A DNA stretch of 63,982 bases, the filler included, from Dimargaris cristalligena (taxonomy: Eukaryota), in assembly GCA_003614675.1 (NCBI GenBank). It is 5 parts of 5 records of this genome, joined end to end, with 100 filler letters (N's around TTAATTAATTAA, not from the genome) between each part and the next. Parts side by side here need not be neighbours in the genome. Positions count along the whole stretch, not along the records: positions 26,677 to 39,897 come from ML003001.1; positions 39,998 to 53,096 come from ML003003.1; 3 more parts are not named here. One strand, given 5' to 3'. Below the pieces are notes generated by a model. It did no database searches. It was not told where the DNA came from and saw nothing but the letters and a program-made list of their open reading frames with translations. Made by a program: the position numbers and the translations under genes. Below are positions 38,779-52,563 of the stretch, one piece after another (position 1 is the first letter of the stretch; each line of letters opens with the position of its first letter).

Positions 38779-39897
38779 ATGGGTAAGTCGCGCCTACTAT
38801 TAGAACAAGGAATTCTCGGTAACCACCAGACCCCGCTGCAATGCATAAGTAGACCAGCGCCTACACCTTACGAAGGCCCCAGCCCCCTGGAAGCTTCCGC
38901 TATTAACCTGCGCTTACCCATTGCCTCCCGTGCATTTCCACACCTTACCAGCAGAAAACCCCGCCCAGCGTATCCCACGCATACTATCATTAAAAACCTA
39001 TATCGCTCCGCGTACGCAGGATATCTTGGGTATTAAGAAAGCCATTCAGCAGGCCAAATACCGGGGCAATACCCGCGCCTTCCAGACTCTACCCCGACAT
39101 CTGCGCCGCCGCGTTGCCAGCCACAATGTTAAACGAATTCCCCTTCGTTTACGGGAGCGGGCCCGCAAAGAGGTAAGCTACGTTGATTTCAGGAAACTGT
39201 TTTGCTAAGCCAACGGCAGACGCTTTAGCTCTCCTTAAGCCACCTGTTCATCCAGTGCTTACCGTCAAATATCCCATCTTATACCTCGATATTTCTAAAT
39301 CCGCCCAGATGGACAAGGTTGGCCAGGTGCCCAAAAAACGCCTGAGTCGACACAAGCGGCGGCGACCCGGTTGCATCGCCGACGAATACAAGCGCCGGCA
39401 GCAGGAGAAACGGTGGCTCGAAACCCATATTTGGCACACTAAGCGAATGAAGATGGCCGAGCGCTGGGGCTGCATGATCGCCGAGCATCCCAACGAACAC
39501 AACATTAAGGCCTCGTATCGCGCCTCTAAATACATGGTTCTGGCCACTGACGTCTCCTACTATGCCTGCCTAGAATTGTCGGGCACCTTGGCTGATTTAG
39601 CCGCCATTTTGGCCCAGCTGACCGATCCAACTGTCGACCTCCCGTGCTACCACCCTCACTACACCAAGGGCCATCACCAATGCACCCCGATCGTCTACCA
39701 CCCCAATGCATACCCGTTTAAATGTATCGGTCCGGTAACAATGCTCTGGCGCCCTACCTTGAGTAATAAGAGCCCTGCCCGGACCCTCTGGCTGCTGGTC
39801 CACCCCGCCCTTATCCGCGAAGTTACCCAGGTATTGACAGAGGCCCGGGCCAGCCGTCCCGTAATCTTGACCGACCGGACCGGACAGCTCAATATTT
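38779..39897 (+). CDS. POP1: RNase P/MRP subunit Pop1, 5' part (truncated by contig end)
   Basis: RAFQTLPRHLRRRVASHNVKRIP and WLETHIWHTKRMKM motifs; DVSYYACLEL. GT-AG introns after ATG-G and after 39172. Confidence 0.9.
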
Positions 39898-39997
39898 NNN
39901 NNNNNNNNNNNNNNNNNNNNNNNNNNNNNNNNNNNNNNNNNTTAATTAATTAANNNNNNNNNNNNNNNNNNNNNNNNNNNNNNNNNNNNNNNNNNNN
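39898..39997. other. Artificial contig spacer
   Basis: N44-TTAATTAATTAA-N44. Confidence 0.97.
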
Positions 39998-40692
39998 ATA
40001 TTACTGGTCAAAAGTTATTATCCCACATATTATCCCATACATATATTGTGTAGAATCTTATACAGTTGGGTTGAAGTTCACCCATATGGTGTTTGATAAA
40101 CAGGTGTAGGGAGTCAAAATAGTAGTGCATTGTTGATTGTTCTCGTTCAATATCTCTATTTCCTAACACTTAATGCCCTTGAACGCATGTCCTGGAATTG
40201 CGGGAAGTAGCCGTTGAGATTTTAAAAGCGGATTCAGCGCTGACCCAAGGTCCAGGAAATGGCGGCTCGTCCAATACTTCGTCCAGCACATGGGCGTCAC
40301 TGGCTATACGGAGTAGAAAGTGGGTTGACGAATTATTTAGCCACCTGCCCGATAGTAACTATAACAATATATTTATATGGAGTGATGAGCACAGTAATAA
40401 TTGAGGGAAAAGTAGTGAGGTTCAAGATTGTAAAAGTAGATGGAATGGGGAGTAATATAATAAATAAATATATATAACTTGGTGGGAAAAGTGGCGAATT
40501 GGAAAGGGTGGTTCAATAAAAAAAGGAAATATTGTTTATGAATTTATATTTAAATCGCCAAGATGGAAAAGGTGTAGGATTTGACCACCCGTTTGCTCAA
40601 TATAGGGTACAAAAAGGGGGGGGGCTATTAGCTCTGTTGGTTAAGGTATACGATGTTACAGGCTGGTTGGTTTTCTTTTTTGGATTTAAGGC

Positions 40693-43685
40693 TTAGGGTT
40701 TAGACGGTACGGGGCAGGGCTTAACATTCCAAATCTCGGTGGCATATTCATGAATAGCCCGGTCGGAGGAGAATTTGGCCAGGTGGGCAGTACAACGGAT
40801 GGAGCGGGCCACCCAAGCGTTAGGATCGCGGTACGCGCGGTCCACGGCCTTCAGTGCCTCCAGATACGAGGGGAAATCGATGGAAATCAAGTACACGTCA
40901 CCGCCGGAACGCAGGGTTTCCAGCAGCGGGGCGAACACGCCGGGATCGCCAAAGGTCCCACTCTCAATGGACGTGAGAACATTCTTGAGCGACGGGTGGA
41001 TGGAGACCGGGCGGTAGCGTTGGGTATGGCGGAAGTCTTCCACTTCGTCGGCCAAACAGCCGAAGTTGAAGATATTGTCCTCACCGATTTCTTCGCAGAT
41101 TTCCACGTTGGCACCGTCCACCGTGCCCAGAATCACGCCGCCGTTGAGGACAAATTTCATGTTGGATGTGCCCGAGGCTTCGGTACCCGCCGTGGAAATG
41201 TGCTGCGAAATGTCGCTGGCCGGGATAATGACTTCGGCCACCGACACGTTGTAGTCGGGGATGAAGACCACCTTGAGCAAGTCACCAATGGCCGGGTCCT
41301 CGTTGACCACGGCTGCGACACTGTTAATCAGCTTGATGATCAGTTTGGCAATGTAGTAGCCCGAAGCAGCTTTGCCACTGAAAATGACCACGCGCGGGGT
41401 TTCGTTCTTACGGCGGGTTTCCGACATCGCCCGGAGGGTATTGTAGCGGTGGATGACGCCCAGAATGTTCATGAACTGGCGCTTATACTCGTGGATACGC
41501 TTGACCTGAACGTCGAAGAAGGCCTCGGGATTTACCTTGATTTGACACACCTTCTCAATGTAGGCTGCGAGGCGGCGCTTGTTATCCAGTTTAATGGTCA
41601 TCCAGCGCTGTTCAAAGTCACGGTCCCCAATACGGTCTTCGAGTTGTTTAAGCAGGCGCAAATCTTTGATCCAACTCTTGTCGCCCACCACTTCGGTGAT
41701 TAAAGCGCTCAGCTGGGGATTGGCCTGGTGGAGCCAGCGGCGGGGCGCAATACCATTGGTCTTATTGACGAACTTTTCGCTGCCGAAGTACGGGATAAAG
41801 TCCCGGAAAATAGTTTTTTTGATGATATTCGAGTGAATCTCCGCCACCCCGTTGACGGTGTGGGACGCGATACAGGCCAGGAAGGCCATGCGCACATTCT
41901 GGGGGGATCCCTCCTCAATGGCCGAAATCCGGCGCAACAGGTCCCGGTCGTTGGGGAACTTCTTCTCGACCTTCTGAAGGAAGAAGAGGTTCATGTCGTA
42001 GATGATACTCATGTGGCGCGGCAGAATCTTCTCCAGCATGGGCACCGGCCAGCGCTCCATAGCTTCCGGGAGCACCGTGTGGTTCGTGAAGCTGAAGGTG
42101 CGGTTGACAATGTCCCAGGCCTCGTCCCAAGTGAGCCCCTCTTCGTCGACCAGAAGGCGCTGCAGTTCGGGAACCCCCAGGGTCGGGTGGGTGTCGTTGA
42201 GCTGAATGGCCACCAGCTTCGGGAAGTCGGGCCAGGGCCGGCCGGTCTTCTTGAACCGGGCGATGATGTCCTGCAGCGTGGCACTGGCGAACAGGAACTC
42301 CTGCTTCAGACGGAGTTCTTTGCCCACCATGTGGTTATCGTTGGGGTACAGGACGGCCGTTAAGTTTTCGGCCTGTAACTTGGAGGACATGGCGTGTTCG
42401 TAATGGCCGTCGTTGAAGGCACCTAGGTCGAACAGGTCGCTTTTCTTACAGCTCCAGAGGCGAATGTTGGTGACGTTGTTAGTGTCGTAGCCGGGGACGG
42501 GTACGTCGTAGGCCATGGCCTCGAACACCTGGCCGCCCTCCCAGACATGCCGTTCCGTCCCATTGGCGTCATGGGAATTGGTGACATGTCCGTAGAAGCG
42601 GACCGGGTAGCAAATGTCGGGGCGGGGCAATTCCCAGGGGTTGGGATCGGCAAGCCAATTGTCGGGAACTTCCTTCTGGTATCCATCGACAATCTTCTGC
42701 TTAAACATGCCGTATTCGTACCGGAGCCCATAACCCCAGCCGGGGTAGTCCATGGTGGCCAGGGAATCAACGTAACAAGCAGCCAGGCGGCCCAGGCCAC
42801 CGTTACCTAAGCCGGCGTTGAGTTCCTCCTCCAGACAGTCCTCCATATTAAAGCCGAGGCCCTCAAGACAATCTGTTTGAACCAAAGCGATAATACAAAT
42901 AAGTGGTGTAGGGGTATCATTAGAGGTGGTATCCTTGGGTAACCCCATGCGAGGACATGGTCGCATAACTGATATCCGTTATAAAACAATAGCCAACTGC
43001 GGCTTACTCCAGATAGCCACTGGGTATAACCAAACCGTGTAATCTACGAGGTCACGTACTGGGTAGCACCGCTAACTCCACTTACTTGAATACACCTTCT
43101 TGAGACCTAAGGCGAGCAGGGAGTTGTCCAGGGATCGACCTAGCAGGAACTCCATGGACATGTAGTAGACCCGCTTGACCTGCAGACGTTCGTGGTACTC
43201 CTGGGTTTCGTTCCACTTCTGGATAAGCCGGTCACGCACGGAATAGGCTGAGGCTAGGTAGGTGGCCAAAGAGTCGACCTGGCGGGGTATCTTGACCATG
43301 GTAGTACTCAAATGGCGAATAATCGCCTTCTGGATATTTGGGACGTCTATATCAGAGTAGTGGTGGTAGATAGGTAGAAAAGCACGTGGCTAATATAGTG
43401 TGAATATCTCTCCGAACATCAGGCACCACCCGCAAGGTACTCGCAGCAAGAGACTGCCGAGGCCCTTGGCATTTTTTGAGGAACAGAGTAAGGTAGTAGG
43501 GGCCGATAAAAGGGGATACCAGCTCTAGGTTTTGCGTCAACCAACTTACCGGCGGGCTCTTCGGTCTTGTCAAACTCCTCCATGAGTTTACCAATCTTGG
43601 TTTTGGCGACACCGCCTTCGAGACTGTTGTGGCGGAGAAGGCCGGGCATGGTCATGGACCCGGGTCCGAAAGGGGCTGAGGACAT
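40693..43685 (-). CDS. GPH1: Glycogen phosphorylase, exons about 43685-43550, 43346-43086, 42872-40693
   Basis: VYYMSMEFLLGRSL, GLGNGGLGRLAAC, IQLNDTHP, KRIHEYKRQ, EASGTSNMKF (PLP lysine). Confidence 0.96.
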
Positions 43686-46163
43686 GGTAAATAGAAAAAG
43701 TAGAATAAGGCAGAGGTAGGGAGTGGGATATGTAAGTCAGAGTGCAACAAGTGTTGAGAGGGATAAGGGGAAGGAGGCACGGTAAGTTATCTTGGGAGGG
43801 AAATAGAGAGAAGCTTGGAGGGGTATTAAGTAGTAACCAGCAAGTCACACCAGCCAGGTTGACGCGGTTAACACAGGGTAGAGAACAAGGCAGTGTACCC
43901 TTTTTCCCAGGGCCCCGGGGCCGGGAGCAGCCGGGGCAAGAAAAAATAGGGATAGGCGGATATTATTACCCCATAGTAATTCCTCATCCCCCCTCCTTCC
44001 CTTTCCCGTGGCGCAGTGAAGATGGTTGAGATAACCCCCTCCACTCAGTTAATATTAATTAGATACACGCCGGTTAAACGACCAAGTCGGGTCAGTTGGC
44101 CAGACTGCAGGTGCTATGTGACCAGTGCAGCCTGTACGGCACCATAAAATCAAACCTCCTTCAAATATACCAGAAAATGATAATACGCAAGGCGGCAGCG
44201 GGCCTTTTGAAGTGAAGGGTTTCTGTCTATTTATGACACGCCCTAGGCCTTTGGTAACCAATAGGTAAGGAGCGTGGGGAAGGCGAATGATGACGCCACT
44301 GGAGCCGTATACGTATGTTTGATTTGGTATGGCTAAATGAACTTACAGGGAGGCACCGAGGTACCTTGGAACACCCGGCTTTCAGCCAGAATGTTCAGCT
44401 TAGAAGGTGGTGCGTTGGAGTTTGCCATGATCGACCAGTAAAGAAATTGTAGACACTATAGGGTATTCGCAAAGGGCAGCTAATGGTATTAAGTGAGGCA
44501 GAATCTCCGAGCGGGTAACAAGCGCCGTGCGACTTTAGCGAAGTAATACGGACGCAATTATATTCAACAAAATATGTAAATGAGCCGGCCCTAATACTTG
44601 ACGACAGTCACCAGGTATATAGGTAAGTGCTAAATAGACCCGCGCAATTGGGAGGGGGGACGGTGTATAATAGTCGTGGTGGGGTACTCAATAAAATGGT
44701 CGGAGATGTCAGATAAACAAGGTAAACGTGAATCAGCGGAGCCAGGAGACGGCAGGCCCTCCTCTAGTTTTATAGTAAAGGAGCTGCTAAATGGAGATGA
44801 TGGATGTCGCTGCCTTTCATCAAGCATGTAAAACCCTCTTTCCCAAGAGGTGCCTTCCAGAGTATGATGAAAGAGCAGTCGCGCATTGCTGGCTATTCAT
44901 GGCATCGGGGGCAACAAAACCGGTTGCAGATAAATCATTACCTGAGACTTTCCGCCGGGGACGTCATGGGCCAAATGGGGTTCAGACGGCGGGAAAGGGG
45001 GGATTGGCTTCTTACCTCCCGACCATTCCCGTCCCTATAGATCAGTTGTCCTATCGTATAGGGTGGTTCACGCCAGTAAGCCACCTAGACTGGCTATTGA
45101 GAATTCCTGCGGAAGAGATGGATCCGGCGAACTAGTTTGTCTCAAGAACACTCTATCAAGGGCCAGTCCCGGCTGCGAGTCCCACGTCTAAAGTTACGGA
45201 TCACTTGGTTGCACCGAGAGAACGGGGGTTTCCACAGGTAGCATTCCCGATGCGAGGATCATGGGAGTTTCTGAGGATATATAGAGGTACATTGCTTAAT
45301 AAATGGACGACTCAAGTGGGGCGTGTGATTTTATATTGGTAGACACCGAACTTGCTCAAAGCTGTCCCCCACTTGTCCACTAGTGTGTGTGACTTAAGGG
45401 TTACGCGATTGGAAGAAGCCAACTAATAGTCCCAGTAAAGCCATCTAAAAATGGTTACATAGCGACGTCTAGGGGTAGTTGTTGCGCTGGGAACCACGGT
45501 TCCAAATTACCCACACTCATTAATCCCCTAAAAGACCTAAAGAATCATCGGGAATGGGAGACGCTGGGCATTGGCAATATTTAATTACGTACGGCATCAG
45601 CACCCGGAAAGGAACACCAACCGTTCGTGCCAATGGCCACCCGCGGTATTGGTCAAAGTAAAGCTGTGAGGTTTCGGATAGTCATTCTCACCTGGTACAT
45701 AGTATAAGACCAAAAGGGATCTCTATCTATGTACTAAGTCACACCAGAGGAGTGGCATTCTATAGCCGCATGCTGGTGAATAGGTCTGCGTGAGACTGAG
45801 GTTATTTAGATTAATAGGGTACATGGACCAATAAGACCGTCGAGTTCCACCAACGAGGTCTCAATACAAAACCCCAGAGGTATATTATACTGCCCATGGT
45901 GGCGGGATATGAACGAGTTTGGTTTATATTGAGCTGTTTTTAGTCAGCAGTGTCAATCCAAAGTAACCTAGTTTCAACCAAAGTGGCCGGAGCATTCCCA
46001 TGGCAGGTCGGTCCAGCGAATCGTTTCCGGGTAAATGGGGCCCTATGAGGTTGTTACACACCTGTCAATATTGACATATCCTCCGCCCTCTCTCTCCCAT
46101 TTGGTATACTACTATCATTGGCTCTTCAAATACCTCACCACAGAGTAGACTAGTGTTCCAATA

Positions 46164-46307
46164 ATATGGGAGAAGTTCATCCAAGCTGTATAACGAAAAA
46201 TCCATTAGGTAAGGCCAATATTACTAGCCAAAAATACATTTCCCATATATTCTCCCATACACATATAATGTAAACCCTTATATAGCTGAGCTGAATTTCA
46301 CCCATAT
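46164..46307. mobile_element. MITE copy (same family as 24590)
   Basis: atatgggagaagttcatccaagctgtataa ... ttatatagctgagctgaatttcacccatat TIR pair. Confidence 0.75.
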
Positions 46308-47101
46308 TGTACCGTAAAGAATCTCGATCGAACCCTAGTGGCCTATTCACTTTGGCTCGAGCATAACATCTTCTCCAGGGACCTGGGTGGACTGATCGCC
46401 TCCATCCTAAAACTGCACCTTTTTAGCTGACAGCTCACAACCATTCCCTACTTTATTGGCCCCGAATATTGCGGGGCAAAAGGCACCTAGACTAACATTT
46501 AATTGAGTGCTAAGAGTACAGTGTTTTCATTAGGGCAGATTCAGTTACCGGGGTCGGATTAAGTTGTAAACCCTAGATACAAAGTATATGGGGTATTAAG
46601 CAACCCCGTATCTAGCACATACTCTATAATTATATGGTCGGAGAGGCATATATCACCCTAACAAAAGGAGTATATGTACTACTATTATGAGCCTAACTCA
46701 TAACCTGTCTATGAGGGTAGTAGACCAAAGCCTCGGTGATCAGGATGCCATACGGACGTCACCAAGTAGGGGGTTCCTATAACCAGTGGTAATAGAAAGT
46801 TCTGTCTTCAATGTAAGCATATAAGAAGCCCCAAAAAGCCAAGTATTAGATGCTAGGATTATTCAGAATACCGAGCGAACTATGAACATACATGCAGCAC
46901 ATGTAGGCTGATACACTATTTCACCTGTATAGAACTTCGCTATTGTATCTTCATACCATCGGATTCTTGAGTAGTGGCAGTATTATGCTTAGTGCTGAAG
47001 TTGGAGGAGGGGCTGCAAAGGAAGCCGTCTTAACCTAGGGAATTTCTGGGAAAAAAATTGTTGATAATAAAACAAATATAATCGTAAATCTAGTCGCTTA
47101 G

Positions 47102-47490
47102 TATAACCCGAAGGTGCAGCATCGTTTCGTGTGGTGGGGGAAGTGCTATAATGCAGCCGGAAGAGGCCTCCCCCCCCCCATAGGATGGAGGCTGATCTCC
47201 CCCACAGTAACTCCTCCCCGAGGGAGGAAGACCCACGGGACTATGGCGGAGACAGGCCAACCCCCCCAATGGAAGAGGACACCCTCCCCCCAACGGTACA
47301 AGAGCAGTACCTCATCCAGGAGGAATAAAATATACCGACCCGAGTGGCCAGCTATCGTTCCTTGTCTTAGAAATAAATACTTACTTTCAATTTCAACTCG
47401 TTTAAATTATTATTTATCTACCTGCCCCACTCGGCATCCTTTAATTATTTCACCTATAGTTCTTGGCCCTACTCGGCCCACTCGGTTACA
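47102..47490 (+). mobile_element. Possible solo LTR of a second family
   Basis: Ends tataacccga / tcggttaca resemble an inverted TGTAACC..GGTTACA pair; internal AATAAA; flanks ttag/atag. Only one copy seen. Confidence 0.35.
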
Positions 47491-48917
47491 ATAGCAAGGC
47501 CTTAGTTTAGTTCCGATATCGTTTTAATAAAGGGTTCGGGGTTTTCACATTGGGGTCGTTAGAATTCATTTTACAGGACACAGTCCCAGGTGGCAAATGC
47601 ACAGCAATTTAAGATGGGGTGATCTCACCCGCTTCTCTGGGCTCGTAGGCACTCCTTTTTATCGCATAAGGTAGCCTATCGCATCACCCGACCTCACCCC
47701 TCCCCCCGGGTTAGAATCGCTTTAATTTTTGCTTTTGAAAGACCAATGCCTGTCCGGACCGAGATCAAAGTAGTACCCTAGATATCGTAAGTGTATTTTT
47801 AATCTCTTACTGATCAAGTCTAATTATAGCTGTGAACATAAGGCTTCGCACAACGAATCTTTAAGATAGTTTCTTGCTGATTGATTACTAGACAATTATA
47901 ATAATAGTAGGTATCTAATAATATGGGGGTTTGTCGATATTTGAGTGTACTGCTTTAATATTATCGAGTTCTATCAGCTCAAACATCTAAGCACTTGAGA
48001 GCACCACAGGAATGACAAGACATCCGTCCTTTCGTACCGTATCTGCAATTGCTACGGATATATCCCCGGTTATTCCAATGCCTAATGTTTCCGACTGAAG
48101 TCTACTTAAAAACCAACAATTTATAAAGCTGAGGAGGAACATTATTAGTCTAGGAGCTGGGATGTAAATGGGTTGATATTAAATGTTCTTTTACTCGAGG
48201 GCGCGATATTTAAGTTTTATCTTTGAGGAAATAGCTACACTCCAATTGCTCGTTATTTTTTTAGTGTATATTTATCTGGTTAGCAGGCCAATGGAGTTAT
48301 CAACCAAGCAACTCCGGTCAGAGGAGACATATAATAAGCAACAAGGTTTAATATAGTATTCACCAACCCAATGGCCTACTGGCTAATTTTAATTTAGAAT
48401 ATAGCCTCGAAGCTCAAAACACCTCTACTACACTTTAAGAGCTCATGGACGTGCTGGACTGTCGTGCAGCTAACGTGGCCGTGATGTTGAGGATAAAAAT
48501 CCAGTGAGGCTCTGTTGCGATATAGACGCTGCATAGGTTATTCAAGTACATTCCGATTGAGCCGCACCTTCCCCACCTGGCGTGTACAAATGAACAGGCC
48601 ATAAAAGGTTGGAGTAGTGAACCACATGGCCTTGGTGTATAGACAATTTATCGCGCCTCCTATTTTTTGGAGGCGCTCATCAAAGAATTCTCACTAGGAC
48701 CAGTTCTGGTCACACCGACTGGAGGTACATTGGTGGAATGACCAACTGTAATTTATCCCGATATTTATTTATGGACAGAGGTGGATAAATGGCCCCATAG
48801 GACCCAGGGATATATACCCTGGCTAGACTCCCCTATAGTCCCCACTAGGCCCTTTTCTTCCTCACCCCTTATAATTTTACATTCTATTATATTCAGGCCA
48901 GAAACAATCCCTTCACC

Positions 48918-50330
48918 ATGACTTCGCATGTGTGTATTGTCGCACTTTCTAATCAGCTACCCACAGTTCAATTCACAGCGTATGCGAGGAAACCTGTCGA
49001 CATTCACTCGCCCGGACTAGACTTGTTACTATGGCTTTTTCACCCTTCGCATGACTTGAGTGGTCGCGTTATCCGGCATCTCGACACCCTGGAGCAACTT
49101 CGACTGGCCGTGGTTTGTCGTGCTCTCTTCCCCATGGTAACCTCCCATTTCCAGGTCAGACTGGAGATGGGATTATTGCTACCACTTTTCAGTTCCTTGA
49201 CTCGGTTTATCCAAACGTACCGGCCTAGCCTCCGCTATATCAACATCCGTCTCGACTGCGATATCTCGGAGGCCTGGCTCCATGATGTTCGGTCAATCTT
49301 TAATGCAGTGCCAAAGCTGAACCATTTCAATCTTTTATTAAGAAACCAGGCCCACTGGCCAGAAGTTGCCGGCTGTTTGGCCTACCTTTCCCGCCCCCTC
49401 CGGGAACTGTCGATTTACTTTGGTTTAGCCGAATTTCAACCCCACCAGGCCTACCGGGCCCTTGCGAAGCAGCATCTGACCGATTTGGTACTGGCTCGGC
49501 TTGGCCGTATTCAGAGTCTCAATTTCAGTACTATCGCGTCTACGGTGGATACGGACCTAATTTTACAATTCTTGGTCCCTTTTACCGGACTGCGGCGGCT
49601 GACACTCTATGTGGCTTCACCAGATGAAGAGCTTTACCAAACGCTGGTAAGCCGTTTCTCGCGCCTAACCCACCTGGCTCTGCACCTCGGCCCCTGGAAA
49701 ATTGGCGTTCTGTTTGAGCCCCATTTGCCCGTTTTCCGTCACTTAATATCCCTAGGTTTGGCCTGTGGTCGAGGGCCCCACCATTTTCGGGACCTGGGAA
49801 ATTTGCTTTCGACCGATTTTCCTCACCTGGAGCATATTAACATCGATTTTGATGTGGGCTATTCCCCCCTCACACCCAGTAAACAGCTTGCCCTGCGTCG
49901 TTTTTTTGGACAACCTTGGCCCCGCATTACCGCCTTGACTCTCACCAACCAGTACATTGCGGACCATGACATGATCCCCGAACTAGGCTCCCTAATTGTC
50001 CAGTTTTTTCCTCAGCTCCGTGAATTATCCTTATACAAATTTGCCGATCATGCCCCTACCTATGCCTTGGTTATTTCAAAGTGTTCTAATCTACAAACTC
50101 TTAATATTCGCAACCGTAATCTTACCACACTAACCAAACTCCTCGATATACATTTTTACAGCCCGTCCCTTTTATCGTTTAGTATCAAAAAGTCCAGTTG
50201 TCCCTGGGAATCATTAACAAAGGTAGTTATGCGGCTGCCCAATCTTCGCGAGTTGCGCGTCGACCTAAACTCAGTTGATCTCACCTATCGATTTAAAAGG
50301 GAGTATCCAAGCATCTTACTTTTACGGTGA
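48918..50330 (+). CDS. F-box-like / leucine-rich-repeat protein
   Basis: 470-aa ORF; degenerate F-box (VIRHLDTLEQLRLAVVCRAL) followed by LRR-like repeats (FPHLEHINI, FPQLRELSL, CSNLQTLNI, LPNLRELRV). Confidence 0.7.
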   Translation: MTSHVCIVALSNQLPTVQFTAYARKPVDIHSPGLDLLLWLFHPSHDLSGRVIRHLDTLEQLRLAVVCRALFPMVTSHFQVRLEMGLLLPLFSSLTRFIQTYRPSLRYINIRLDCDISEAWLHDVRSIFNAVPKLNHFNLLLRNQAHWPEVAGCLAYLSRPLRELSIYFGLAEFQPHQAYRALAKQHLTDLVLARLGRIQSLNFSTIASTVDTDLILQFLVPFTGLRRLTLYVASPDEELYQTLVSRFSRLTHLALHLGPWKIGVLFEPHLPVFRHLISLGLACGRGPHHFRDLGNLLSTDFPHLEHINIDFDVGYSPLTPSKQLALRRFFGQPWPRITALTLTNQYIADHDMIPELGSLIVQFFPQLRELSLYKFADHAPTYALVISKCSNLQTLNIRNRNLTTLTKLLDIHFYSPSLLSFSIKKSSCPWESLTKVVMRLPNLRELRVDLNSVDLTYRFKREYPSILLLR

Positions 50331-51200
50331 TTCAATACATATTTTTCACGGCATCAATCTATTTTGTAAAATATCGAATGTGCTTATAAACCCACCCACT
50401 TTTACTGAAGATTCTATTATTCCTATTTAATACTTAAACTATAATGTTAAAGCCCCAAACCTCCTTAACCTATACCAGTGGTCAGTTTATTTTTAACTGA
50501 CAAGATTCATTGCAGAAGGAAATATGTCTCGCAATACAGCTGGGTGGAACTTCAATTATAATATAGTTTAACTATGGTGGCGCAAACGATAAACTAGGCA
50601 GATATAGCTACAGGCCGCCAACAATCCGGCATAATGCATGTCCAAATAAAATGTAATGGGTGAAGATATTATAGGAAAATCCATGTTTAAAAGGGCATAC
50701 GATTGAACCTCCGTTTCAAAAATTTATATTTCACTGAAACTTGGGGACATTAGATACTTCGACCAGTAGCAATATAAATTCGAGATGCTGCAAAATGCAG
50801 GGTTGGGGGAGAGCTATCGTTATATCAGTTTTATCTTATATGACCTCTTCTGAGTTGGCCTTAGTGCCCCAGGGTAGGTGTTACCACAGGGCCTGGTGGT
50901 GGAATATTATGTTGGCTTTGAAACTGTGGGGTGGACATTTTATCACTGAATTAGGATTCTGTTCAACAGAAGAGGTGGTTGCTGACAAAGGACCCTTCAT
51001 GGGTAACCACATGGACAGGCCCTAAACCCTTTGATTCCAATGAGCAGTTCCTCGTATTTAAACCCACATATTCTGAACACAACCCTGAGCATAATGTAGA
51101 GTGTAATACTTATCCCAAGTCCCGACCTCGAGCAGATAATCTGTTATTTATAGTAACAGTCTTTCCTCCCAAACATTCCATTGAATTAATGTATAGGCCT

Positions 51201-51750
51201 TGTCAGCCCACCTAATCCTCCCTAAATATGGGAATAACTGATCATCCTGCTTGATCTTGCCTTATTGTGCCATATTACTCTCCCCTTGCTATATAACCCA
51301 CTATGACCAGGCCCCAATGCTTCTCATACAATACTCCACTGATTGATCCAATATTCCTCCTCTCTTAGTAGAGTCTTCCAGATGCAAGCCCCCCAGTCAA
51401 GGCCCTGCCCCTCACCTCTTCTTTAGTCATCCCATTGCTCTTAAGGACCCCTCATTATGAGCAGTCCCCACATATAAATAACTAGGCCCCTCTGGGACCA
51501 GTTCAGTTCCTTAGCTTAGTTCTTACCCCTTCAGTTTATCCAATAAACTCTATATATGCTCACCCCTTGCATCAGCCAGTAAGTGTGCCTGCTGCACATC
51601 CCTTACATTAGCCTACACTCATCCTTTATTAGTTAGTACTAATCCCCCCCTAATGCTAGTAGCCTACTTGGCTAAGCCTAAGCCTTGCTTACCATTAGAA
51701 GCCTATCCCCGGGACTCTTGACAGACTAAGAGTGGTTAACTCAGGTGACA
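51201..51750 (+). mobile_element. Solo LTR, family A
   Basis: TGTCA...TGACA ends; flanks ggcct/gacct (5-bp TSD with one G>A). Confidence 0.82.
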
Positions 51751-52563
51751 GACCTGTTTATAGATATGTATTCTTAAATTAGTTGGCTTTTGCATTTTCA
51801 GAGAACATATAGGTATTAGAGGAGATGAATGTAGCACTTTTATTTGTGGTCTGAGTCTAGTATTGATTCAACCTCAAATACTTATACCAATTCTATATTT
51901 ATAAATGTATCATCACTCACATTCTAAAATATATTTTGTATGTTTCAATCCAACTATCAACCATTCATCTTACTGTCAGAGAGGTCTTCCCAACCCCAAT
52001 ACCCCACATACTGGATATTAGGGCCACACTCCTAACCAGGGTCTGGATCTCGTCAACCCAATAGGACCAGGGTAAATCACACTGCCCCCCCAGTCCCAGT
52101 GGGTCAACATTGCTTCTGTGTATGGATCAATTTAATGCTGCTATTTATCTACATATTTTAGATCAAGCAGAAATTTGTAAACCTTTCACAACCATTTCCG
52201 CCATTGGTATTGCCTTCTGCTGGCAATAAGCTCCTACTTATGCCTGTGTCTAGTAGACCCAGCCCATTACTTTATAGTATGCTATGTGCAACCATGACTG
52301 TATGATTGTAATGGGACATTTTTTCACCACCATAGTGGTGAATTTCCAGCATGAAATAAGGCTGTATTAAAGTGGACTCCTCCTACTCCATGTAGCTCCA
52401 ATATGGCTAAATAAAATTGATTTGTTTAGGAAGGGAATGTAAAAGCACAAAGAGCTGACTCTTAGTCTTCCTATTCTCAGACACAGGCCTTAAGTATCTG
52501 CCTGGTAATCTTCATTAACTATCTTGCAGCTATTTCAAAATGGTAGTTCAATGGCAGAGTAAA

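Noticed and set aside
40750..42363. Long antisense ORFs (317 and 211 aa) opposite glycogen phosphorylase; likewise 58068-59495 and 63336-63929
   Set aside because: Shadow ORFs caused by GC-rich codon bias of the real genes.
44000..46100. Long region upstream of GPH1 with a 114-aa ORF
   Set aside because: No motifs; treated as intergenic/regulatory.
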